This document shows, one piece after another, positions 47,421 through 55,716 of a stretch of 64,000 nucleotides of DNA; positions within the stretch are counted from its first letter, which is position 1, and each line of letters opens with the position of its first letter. The DNA comes from an uncultured Pseudomonadota bacterium (lineage in GTDB: Bacteria > Myxococcota_A > Polyangia > Fen-1088). The position numbers and the translations under genes were made by a program. The notes below the pieces were generated by a model. That model saw only the letters and a program-made list of their open reading frames with translations. It was not told where the DNA came from and searched no databases. The stretch covers positions 31,891 to 95,890 of the forward strand of contig CAWKBC010000025.1 in assembly GCA_963847705.1 (NCBI GenBank), read 5' to 3'.

Positions 47421-49082
47421 CTAGAGGGTCCCCGCTCCTCTCTGCTCTTGCTCGGCGCCGCCGGCCTCGACGCCCTGGACCTCGATCGCCGGATCGCCGG
47501 CGCCCATGGCCGCATAGAGCGCGCGGTACGACGCCAGCATGTCGCGCCGCTGGTAGTAGGCGGCCACCCGGCGTCGCCCCGCCTGGCCCATCCTGCGGCG
47601 CAGCTTGGGATCGCGGGCCAACCGGACCAGCGCGGCCGCCGTCTCCTTGGGGGTGGCGACGCGGGTGACGAATCCGCTGGGGCCGATCTCTCGATCGGCG
47701 GCGGCGCGCCCCTCGATCATCTCCCGGCAAGCGCCCACGTCGCTGGCGATCACCGGGACGCCGCGGGCGTAGGCCTCCAGGATCACCAGCGGCTGCCCCT
47801 CGCTGAAGCTGGTCAGCACCACGACGTCGAGATCGCCGTAGATCGCGGAGGGAGGCATCGGGCCCACGAAGGCGATCTGCGCGCCGCGACCGAGCCGGGC
47901 GACGAGGTCGCGACAGCGCGTGGCATAGGCGGCGTCCTCCTCCATCGGACCGATCACCCGCACCTCGAGCTCGACGGAATGCAGCGCCAGATCGCAGGCC
48001 CGGATGAAGGTGATGAGATCCTTGATCGGCACCACCCGGCCGACGAACCCCACCCGCAACGGCGCCGGGCGGAGCTCGATGAGGTCGTCGTCCGGCCCGT
48101 CGTCGTCGTTGACCGGCGAGAGCGGCGGCGCGTCGTCGGGGAGGTCGACGCCGTTGGGGACGATCTCGATCTTGGCGGCGGGAGCGCCGTCGGCGATCTG
48201 CTTGACCCGGTTGACCTCGGAGAGCGTCACGATGCGCCCCGCCTGCGCGTAGGCCAGGCGCGACAGCGCCCGGAAGAACCCCGACCAGATCTTGCGCAGC
48301 GGCGAGACGTGCGGCGCCCAGGTGGCGGTGCGCAGGCCGAAGCCGCCGTCGTCGGTCTCCGCCGCTTCGCGGATCCAGTCGGCGCGGGCCAGCTCCATCT
48401 CGCGCTCGCGGGCGTAGATGCCGTGCTCGGTGAGGGCCAGCGGCCGTTGCGTTCGCCGGCTCCAGACGGCGGCCAGGAGGCCCGCGTACCCGGTGGCGAT
48501 CGCGTGGTAGCAGGCCGCCGGAACCACCGGGGCGGCCAGCAGCCGCAGCATCGGGACGTGGATGGCGCGGAAGTGCCAGAAGAGATCGAGGAACGGGGCC
48601 TCGGCCGCCGCGCGATCGGAGAGCTGGGTCAGCAGATCGAAGCTGGCGCGGCCGTAGAGCAGCTCGTCGAGCGCGAGATCGTTGGTGGCCAGATCGTCCA
48701 GGATGCCCCGCTGCGACTCCGAATCGCCGCCGCCGTCGAGGTGCATGCGTCGCAGACCCGCCAGCACGCGCGACGGCTGGGCGCGGGTGTCGACGGTGGC
48801 CCGCAGGCTCCGGATCTGTTCCCGCAGATCGGCGCGCGCCGCCCCGTCGAGCGGCGGCCCGGCTGTCTCCTGGCAGAAGACCCGGTGCAGGCCCACCACG
48901 TTGCCGGGAAGCTGGAAGCGCGGCTCACCGTAGGCCGCGGGGTGCGACCCCACGTTGAGCACGGCGAAGCGCAGCTCGGGATGGCCGAGAATGATGTCGT
49001 GGACCCAGGACGACACGCCTCCCGAGACGAAGGGGTACGTTCCTTCCACCAGCAAACAGACGTCGGCTTCAGGGCTTTTCAA
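47421..49082 (-). CDS. pelF: GT4 glycosyltransferase PelF
   Basis: DVCLLVEGTYPFVSGGVSSWV, TGYAGL, LTEHGIY.RER, GRVVPIKD..TFI, SEGQPLVILEA; TTG start at 49082 inferred. Confidence 0.95.
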   Translation of the reverse strand: MKSPEADVCLLVEGTYPFVSGGVSSWVHDIILGHPELRFAVLNVGSHPAAYGEPRFQLPGNVVGLHRVFCQETAGPPLDGAARADLREQIRSLRATVDTRAQPSRVLAGLRRMHLDGGGDSESQRGILDDLATNDLALDELLYGRASFDLLTQLSDRAAAEAPFLDLFWHFRAIHVPMLRLLAAPVVPAACYHAIATGYAGLLAAVWSRRTQRPLALTEHGIYAREREMELARADWIREAAETDDGGFGLRTATWAPHVSPLRKIWSGFFRALSRLAYAQAGRIVTLSEVNRVKQIADGAPAAKIEIVPNGVDLPDDAPPLSPVNDDDGPDDDLIELRPAPLRVGFVGRVVPIKDLITFIRACDLALHSVELEVRVIGPMEEDAAYATRCRDLVARLGRGAQIAFVGPMPPSAIYGDLDVVVLTSFSEGQPLVILEAYARGVPVIASDVGACREMIEGRAAADREIGPSGFVTRVATPKETAAALVRLARDPKLRRRMGQAGRRRVAAYYQRRDMLASYRALYAAMGAGDPAIEVQGVEAGGAEQEQRGAGTL

Positions 49083-50256
49083 CCGGGACCTCGCGGGTGC
49101 TGGCGGGTGCTGGGATCTGCACGACACCGACGGTGACGCCCGCACCGCCGGTCGCGCCGCGCGGGTGCAGCCCGGAGAGGCGCCGAGCGGCCGACAGGCG
49201 GCGCCTGACGAACGACGGCGGCGACGCCGGGTGGTAGCTGGCCAGCGCGGAGGCGCTCTCCCAGGGGAGCGCGTGCGTCGCCATCACCGCCTCGTCGCGC
49301 AGCGCCAGCAGCATCTCCAGCTCCGCGGGCTCGATATTCTCGATCGACTTGGCCGCCAACACCGGCTCGTTCCCAGCCTCCCCGCCGGCCACCACGACCT
49401 CGTCGATGGCCTCCAGCGCCGCGTCCGGGTGCAACACCGCCAGCTCCAGCCGCGCGCGGCCGATGGCGACGGCCGCCGCCAGCGTCGGCTCGGCCGCCAG
49501 CGCCACGGAGTAGTAGCCGCGCGCTTCGTGCGCGAGCGAGGGAAGGAGCGCCGTCTCGGCCAACCCCGCCTCGATCGCGTCGGTGGCCAGCTCGGCCGCC
49601 GCCAGCGCCTCCCCGGCGCTCGACGGCGTCGCGGCCAGCGACTTCCGGTGCTCGTCCATCCGCGCCTCGAACGAGGCCGTCATCTCCTCGATGGCCAGCG
49701 CCGACTCCACCGCCAGATCGGGATTGGCCGCCCCGAGCGCCCAGCGCAAGAGCGCCACCGAGCCCGCGTCGGCGCGCAGGGCGAGCGTGGCGATGATGGC
49801 CCGCCGCTCATCGATGCTCCCGGCCAGCAGCGCCTCGCAGGTGGGGAGCGCCTCGCCCAGGCTGCGGAGCTCCTCCGCGCGCGGCGCCTCGGGGGCCACC
49901 GGAACCGCGGTGGGATCGGCCTCCACCAGCTCACCGTGCCCCGCCGTCCCCAGCGAGAGGGCGGCCAGCGGTGCCCCGAAGACCGGGATGGCGAAGGCGT
50001 AGGCCGCCCCCAGGACCCGTTCGCTGCGCGGCAACGCCGGCGCGACGGCGATCGGGACCAGGGCGGCGAGATGCAGGACCCCCGTCAACATCATGATGGG
50101 CCTGGAAGCGTGGCCGAAGAGCAGCAGGACCGCGGTCAGATCGATGAGCAGGGCCGAGACCCAGGGGACCACCGGCAGCGGTCGACTGCGGACGACCGCC
50201 GCATCGACCACCTTGGCGCGCGGGCCGGCGCTGTTCGCTCCGCGGCGGCTAGACAT
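49069..50256 (-). CDS. PelE-like membrane protein with HEAT/TPR-like helices
   Basis: N-terminal TMs incl. FAIPVFG; RRAIIATL...VALLRWAL...DLAVESALAIEEM; located between pelD-like and pelF. Confidence 0.7.
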   Translation of the reverse strand: MSSRRGANSAGPRAKVVDAAVVRSRPLPVVPWVSALLIDLTAVLLLFGHASRPIMMLTGVLHLAALVPIAVAPALPRSERVLGAAYAFAIPVFGAPLAALSLGTAGHGELVEADPTAVPVAPEAPRAEELRSLGEALPTCEALLAGSIDERRAIIATLALRADAGSVALLRWALGAANPDLAVESALAIEEMTASFEARMDEHRKSLAATPSSAGEALAAAELATDAIEAGLAETALLPSLAHEARGYYSVALAAEPTLAAAVAIGRARLELAVLHPDAALEAIDEVVVAGGEAGNEPVLAAKSIENIEPAELEMLLALRDEAVMATHALPWESASALASYHPASPPSFVRRRLSAARRLSGLHPRGATGGAGVTVGVVQIPAPASTREVPVEKP

Positions 50257-51194
50257 TGATGGACGACCCACTGGAGCGATCGCCCCGTTCGAGACTGCGG
50301 CGGGCGCGGGCGCGCGCGAACGCGGTGGCCAGCCACTCGGCGACCACCGCCAGATCGCGCAGCGCCGCGGCGCCGACGCGGGCCAGACCACGCACCGAGA
50401 GCACGCCGACGGTGTCGTCCCCGACGATGATGGGGGCGGCCAGAATCGCTGTCGCCCGAACCGGCCCCGGGCAGGTCGATGGCGCGGACGGGCTCTCCCC
50501 GGCGCAGGGCCTCGCCCACGGTGGCGTCGCTCTCGCCCGGCCCTGGCCCGGCCCAGGCGCCGGAGGTGGCGACGATGCTCAATGCGCCGGTCACCACGCC
50601 GGCGGTCGCCGGAATCTGGACCGCCCCCGCGCGCGCCCCGAGCCGCGCCACGACCAGCGCCAGCGCCGCTTCCGAGGCGGTGCTCACGTCGCCGCCGTCG
50701 ATCCGTCGCGCCACGTCCCGCAGGAAGGTGAGCGCCAGATCGAGACGATCGTTGCGCGCCCGCAATGCCAGCGCGGCCCGGCGAAGCTCCCCCAGCGCGG
50801 CCGCCTCGTGGCTGGCCTTCCCCGCCAGCAGGGCGCGCTGCTCTTCCAGATCCTGCGCCCGCCGTTCGTGGACCGAGGCAATCCAGCTGACCAGCAGCGC
50901 GGCCGCCAGCGCCCCCAGCTCGGATGGACGGGAGAGCTCCGTCAGCGCACGGGCCGGCGCCGCGCGCCAGGGTTCCGCCAGAAGCGCGAGCGCCCCCCAG
51001 GCGATCGGCACCGAGGTGACCAGACCCCGCGCGCCGTAACGGGCGGACAGGGCCAGGACCACCAACCAGACCGGATGAGGGCGCAGGAACCCCCAGCCGA
51101 GATGAGGCGCGGGCGTCGCCACCGCGACCGCCGCGAGCACCATCGCGGTCGCGACGGTCGATTCGACCACCAGGCGCCGGCTAGAGATCTGCAT
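50249..51194 (-). CDS. PelD-like TM/coiled-coil/GAF protein without GGDEF (apparent +1 frameshift near 50444)
   Basis: PHPVWLVVLALSARYG N-terminus; removing one base gives DLAAPIIVGDDTVGVLSVRG...VVAEW, ending at TAG 50249-50251 overlapping the next ATG region. Confidence 0.7.
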
Positions 51195-53136
51195 GAAAGG
51201 CGATCCATCCAATCTGGAGCGTGCCCGGAATCCCGGTCGTGGCGCTCTGGTGTGTGTAGTCGTAGCTGACCGTCAATCGGGTCGACCAGGACGCGGCGAC
51301 GATGATGGCGCCGCCGGCCTGAGCCAGCAGCTGGTCCTGGATGTTGTCGTAGCCGATCCCACCGCGCAGCTCGACGCCGGTGCGCCCGCCCCAGAGCGCC
51401 TTGCGAAAAATGAAGGTGCCGTTGTCGATCGAGTCGCGCGGGTAGAGGGCGATGCGAAAGTTGGGCGAGAGGTGGGCGAAGTTTTCGTAGTGTCGGTAGG
51501 CCAAGACGCCGGCGTCGGCGAGCGCGGTGCGACGGACCATCTTCTCGTCGAGCGTCTCGCCGCGCACGACGGTGCTCGAATCGCTCCACAGGTTGAAGTC
51601 GACCCCCGCCCAGGTCAGCAGCTGGTTGGCGGTCGGCGTCGGGTCGCCCTCCTCGAGCGGGCGCAAGCTCAGCCGGCGGACCATCACGCCGCTGTCGACC
51701 AACACCACGCGGCTCCTGGGAAAGAGATAGAGGTGCCCGAGGGCGCCGGTCTGCGTGCCGCCTTCGTGAATGGTCACGGGCGCGTCGTTCCACTGCTCAT
51801 TCCCGTCGATGTGCAGGTTGACCTGGACGTAGTGCGAGACCGGTGAGTCCAGCTCCCCCTGGCCGCCGAAGGCGAGCTGCCGGGCCGGACCGTAGAGCTC
51901 ATCGCCGGCGGAGTTGTCGCCGCTGGTGGTGGAGAAACGCGTGTCTGCGCCGAGCAGCAGCGACGTCCCCGAGCGGCGGCCGAACATGGCGTAGCCGCCC
52001 AGCCCGGTGACCGAGCCGGTCTCGCGCAACACGTTCGAGCCGACGACCTGATTGGCGGACCAGTCGGTCGAGGTGTCACGCCAGAAGAGCAGCCCGGCCT
52101 GATGATGCGACCCGAACGGCAGCGCGGCACCGGCCTGCACCCGCCAATCCCAGGCCTGTGGATCGGAGCGGACCCAGCCGCCCCCCGACAGCTCGGGGGT
52201 GATGCGGAAGTGCATGCGATCGTAGGAGGTGCGGAGCGTGTTGTCGGCGGCCGCTCCGTCGGCCAGCGCGGCGTGGTACTGCAGGCTGGCGGCGCGATAG
52301 CTGGCGGCGCGCTCGAGCGCCCGTCCGTAGTCGCGCTGGTTCTCTGCGGTCGGATGATCCTCGACCAGGCTCCGGCGCACCGCCAGCTCGCCGTCGAGAT
52401 CGCCGTCCGCCTCCAGCGCCCAGGCCAGCATCTGCCGCCCGCGCACGTTCTTGGGATCGAGCGCCAGGTAGCGGCGCAGAACGCGCGCTCCCCCCTCCCA
52501 GTCCTTGTTGAGGAGGTGTGCGTCGGCCTGATTCAACGAGACCTCCTCGTCGAACTTGGGCGGCGGCGGCTGCATCGTCTCGTAGAGGCGATCGGAGAGG
52601 ACCACGTAGCCGCGACGGGCGTAGATGCGCGCCAGCCAGAGCTTCGCCATCCGCTGCTCGGGGTTGGGGCCGATCTCCAGCTCCGCGATGCGGTGCTCGC
52701 GAAGCGCCTGCTCGTCGCGCCCCAAGGTGAAGAGCGCCTCGCCGCGCAGGTAGTGCAGCTCGGGATCCGGCTTGTGTCCCTCGAAGTGGTGCGCCTTCTC
52801 CAATGCCTCGGCCGCGTACTCGAACTCGCCCGCCGCCGACGCGGCGCGCCCCGCGTCACGTTCGGCCGGCCCGTCATGGGGGAGCGCCTTCAACACCTCT
52901 TCGAACTGGCGCCGCGCCCGATCGAGATCGCCGCGTGACAGCGTCTCGGTCGCCTGCTTTCGTTCCTGTTCGACCCGCTGCGCCTCCTCCGGAGGTAACG
53001 GTTTGACGGCGGAGAATCCGTCATCTTCTTGTGCGGCGGCGCCTGAAATCAAAACCAGATAGAGCACGCTGGCGATGAAGGCGGCGGCCGCGGCACGACT
53101 CGCCCACGCTGTCCCCCCTCTGCCGGCGGCCGCCAC
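51181..53136 (-). CDS. TPR plus probable C-terminal beta-barrel outer-membrane protein (PelB-like); start uncertain
   Basis: Signal peptide ..AAA|QE; TPRs; amphipathic beta-strand-rich C-terminal half; first gene of the pel operon. Confidence 0.65.
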   Translation of the reverse strand: MAAAGRGGTAWASRAAAAAFIASVLYLVLISGAAAQEDDGFSAVKPLPPEEAQRVEQERKQATETLSRGDLDRARRQFEEVLKALPHDGPAERDAGRAASAAGEFEYAAEALEKAHHFEGHKPDPELHYLRGEALFTLGRDEQALREHRIAELEIGPNPEQRMAKLWLARIYARRGYVVLSDRLYETMQPPPPKFDEEVSLNQADAHLLNKDWEGGARVLRRYLALDPKNVRGRQMLAWALEADGDLDGELAVRRSLVEDHPTAENQRDYGRALERAASYRAASLQYHAALADGAAADNTLRTSYDRMHFRITPELSGGGWVRSDPQAWDWRVQAGAALPFGSHHQAGLLFWRDTSTDWSANQVVGSNVLRETGSVTGLGGYAMFGRRSGTSLLLGADTRFSTTSGDNSAGDELYGPARQLAFGGQGELDSPVSHYVQVNLHIDGNEQWNDAPVTIHEGGTQTGALGHLYLFPRSRVVLVDSGVMVRRLSLRPLEEGDPTPTANQLLTWAGVDFNLWSDSSTVVRGETLDEKMVRRTALADAGVLAYRHYENFAHLSPNFRIALYPRDSIDNGTFIFRKALWGGRTGVELRGGIGYDNIQDQLLAQAGGAIIVAASWSTRLTVSYDYTHQSATTGIPGTLQIGWIAFHADL

Positions 53137-53148
53137 GGGCGAGAACTT

Positions 53149-53164
53149 TGCAACCGCCATGCCT
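53149..53164 (-). promoter_or_regulatory. Putative sigma54 promoter of the pel-like operon
   Basis: Minus strand AGGCATGGCGGTTGCA with GG-N10-GC spacing. Confidence 0.5.
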
Positions 53165-53318
53165 GCGTTTGGCCGCCCGTATACAGGAACGTGTGCACGC
53201 TTCGACACCGTTGATTACGGCGGAGTAACGCTGGGGCGGATGAGCGGAGCCGCAACTTGACAGCAAAGAGGTCGACCCTAAGTTGCAAAACGTTTGACTC
53301 AACCGAGGAGATAAGAAC

Positions 53319-53681
53319 ATGCGCAAGTTGCACCAGGGTGGAATGTTCGTGTTGGCGTTGGCGCTCGCGGCCCCCAGCTTCATGACGGCGCGATCGGCGG
53401 TGGCGAAGACCGCGGTGGCCAGCAGCGACGACTCGGCGCCGGCCGGACTGTCCAAGGAGGATCAGGAAAAGCTGAAGGAGCACAACAAGCTGCGGACCGA
53501 GATCAAGAAGGTGAAGTACCCGGCGGCGAAGGCGACCATCGTGTCGCACGTCAAGGGGATCAAGCCCGACGACAAGAAGTGGTTCGATCAGACGCTCCCC
53601 GACAAGACGTACACCTCGCCCGACGAGGTCTACTCGGCGCTCGGCTGGGAGACGACGGCCGCTCCGGCGGCCGCGAAGTGA
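53319..53681 (+). CDS. Secreted DUF2795-like protein
   Basis: GAGGAG RBS; signal-like N-terminus; VKYPAAKATIV...LPDKTYTSPDEV pattern. Confidence 0.75.
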   Translation: MRKLHQGGMFVLALALAAPSFMTARSAVAKTAVASSDDSAPAGLSKEDQEKLKEHNKLRTEIKKVKYPAAKATIVSHVKGIKPDDKKWFDQTLPDKTYTSPDEVYSALGWETTAAPAAAK

Positions 53682-53700
53682 TCGCCATCTTCCAGGGCGC

Positions 53701-54597
53701 GTGAGCTTTCGCAGCGACCGGCGGGGCCTCACAGCCTCGCCTTTGCTGTTTGCCTCTCTGTTGACGCTGCTGTCGATGTCATCCGGCGCGTGCGGTCACT
53801 CGCCGCCGGCGAGCGGCGCGGATCTGGGGCGCGTCCGTCGCTGGTGGATCTTGATCGGCGCCTCGCCGGTGCTGGAGGGGGTCGACTGGCACCAGGCGGC
53901 GCGCGACACGCAGCTGGTGGTGCTGGGGGGCGATCCGCAGATCGCGCCGGGCAACTTCCCGCGCGAGACGGTGCGCCTCGGCTACCTGAGCGTCGGTGAG
54001 GCCGATCCCCGCCGCCCCTACTGGAACGACGTGCGCGGCGCGCCGTTCCTGGTCGAGCCCAATCCCGCCTGGCCCGAGAACGTCCGGGTCGATCTGCGCG
54101 ATCGCCGGTGGCAGGAGATCTTGCTGACGCGCGAGATTCCCCGCCTGCTGGCTCAAGGATTCGACGGGCTGATGCTCGACACGATCGACACGGCGCCCTA
54201 TCTGGAGGCCAAGGACCCGACGCGCTTCGCCGGGTCGCGCCAGGCGCTCCGCGATCTTCTGGCGCAGATCCGGACCCGGTTTCCGCACGCCGCGCTGGTC
54301 GCCAACGGGACCACCGCGCTGGCCGACGCTGCGGCCTTCGTGGACGGCTTCGTGGTGGAGGGGGTCTTCGCGACCTATGACTTTGGGCGGCGCCTCTACC
54401 GCGAGACCACCGACGAGGAGCGCGAATGGAAGCTGGCCCGCATCGCCGACGCGCTGGCGGTCGCGCGCCGTCCGGTCTTCACGATCGACTACGCCGACGT
54501 GGGTGACATCGCCCTGGCGCGCTGGGCGGAGAGCGCGGCGACCGGGCGCGGGTTCAAATCCTACGTGGGCGTCCGGGATCTGAACACGCTCCCCTGA
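53701..54597 (+). CDS. Endo-alpha-1,4-polygalactosaminidase (PelA hydrolase / GH114-GH166-like) lipoprotein
   Basis: Lipobox SGAC; GYLSVGEA, VDLRD..WQ, GFDGLMLDTID, VVEGVF, VFTIDY; no deacetylase domain. Confidence 0.85.
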   Translation: MSFRSDRRGLTASPLLFASLLTLLSMSSGACGHSPPASGADLGRVRRWWILIGASPVLEGVDWHQAARDTQLVVLGGDPQIAPGNFPRETVRLGYLSVGEADPRRPYWNDVRGAPFLVEPNPAWPENVRVDLRDRRWQEILLTREIPRLLAQGFDGLMLDTIDTAPYLEAKDPTRFAGSRQALRDLLAQIRTRFPHAALVANGTTALADAAAFVDGFVVEGVFATYDFGRRLYRETTDEEREWKLARIADALAVARRPVFTIDYADVGDIALARWAESAATGRGFKSYVGVRDLNTLP

Positions 54598-54660
54598 GCC
54601 TCGGCAGGCGCAGCGGTTTCCCTTGCAAGTTTCAATTATTTTTGAATATTTAGAAACATC

Positions 54661-55716
54661 GTGACCACGGCCGGGTCTATGACGAATATCAGCGCCTTGA
54701 CCACCGCGGCCGTCTCTCCCCCTGATCCACCACCCGGCGCCTCGAAGCCGGTGGGGACGATCGCGTCCGCCGTCGCGCTGGTGGAGGAGGAGATGCGGGC
54801 GGTCGAGGCGCGCCTGCGCGAGCGGCTGGAGAGCCCGGTGGGGGCGATCCCGGAGATCGGCGCGCATCTTCTGGGCGCGGGTGGCAAGCGGCTGCGGCCG
54901 CTGCTGTCGGTGCTCGCCGCCCGCGCGGCCGGAGCGCCGCTCGAGCACGGCATCGCGGTCGGTTGCGCCGCCGAGCTGATCCACACCGCCACCCTGTACC
55001 ACGACGACGTCGTCGACGACGGCCGGGTGCGGCGCGGACGGCCGGCTGCGCGGATGGTGTTCGGCAACGGCCTGGTGGTGCTGGTGGGCGACTTCTGCCT
55101 GGCGCGCGCGCTGGAGACTGTCGCGCTGACCGGCTCCCTGCCGATGGTCCGCTCGCTGGCCTCCACGGTGACCGAGATGGCGGAGGGCGAGGTGGCGCAG
55201 CTGGAGCGGGCCGGGAACCCGGACGCCTCGGTCGACGAATACTTCCGGGTCATCGATCGCAAGACGGCCTCGCTCATCGCCTGGTGCGCGCGGGTCGGCG
55301 GTTCGGTCGACGAGACGCTGGCCGGGCCGCTCGAGCGTTACGGCCGGGCGCTCGGGCGGGCGTTCCAGATCGCCGACGACGTGCTCGACAGCGCGATCGA
55401 CGAAGCGACCGCCGGAAAATCGGTCGGTCACGATCTGCAGGAGGGGAAGCTGACGCTCCCGGTGCTGCTGGCCTGCGAAGCCGAGCCGGCGCTGGCGCGG
55501 CGCGTGCGCGAGCACCTGGGCGAGCAGGGGGTGCCCGCCGGGATCGTCGCCGAGATCTTGAGCGACGTCCGCGCGGCGGGCGGCGTGGAGCGCGCGCGCC
55601 AGAAGGCCGCCGCGCTGGCCGCCGAGGCGGTGATCGCGGTCAGCGAGCTGCCGGCCTCGCGTTACCGCGACGGGTTGATCGCGCTCGCCCACGCCTCGGC
55701 CGACAGGAGCTCCTGA
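54661..55716 (+). CDS. Polyprenyl diphosphate synthase (IspB/HepT-like)
   Basis: GGKRLRP, HDDVVD..RRG, KTASL, FQIADDVLD, DLQEGKLTLP. Confidence 0.95.
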   Translation: MTTAGSMTNISALTTAAVSPPDPPPGASKPVGTIASAVALVEEEMRAVEARLRERLESPVGAIPEIGAHLLGAGGKRLRPLLSVLAARAAGAPLEHGIAVGCAAELIHTATLYHDDVVDDGRVRRGRPAARMVFGNGLVVLVGDFCLARALETVALTGSLPMVRSLASTVTEMAEGEVAQLERAGNPDASVDEYFRVIDRKTASLIAWCARVGGSVDETLAGPLERYGRALGRAFQIADDVLDSAIDEATAGKSVGHDLQEGKLTLPVLLACEAEPALARRVREHLGEQGVPAGIVAEILSDVRAAGGVERARQKAAALAAEAVIAVSELPASRYRDGLIALAHASADRSS

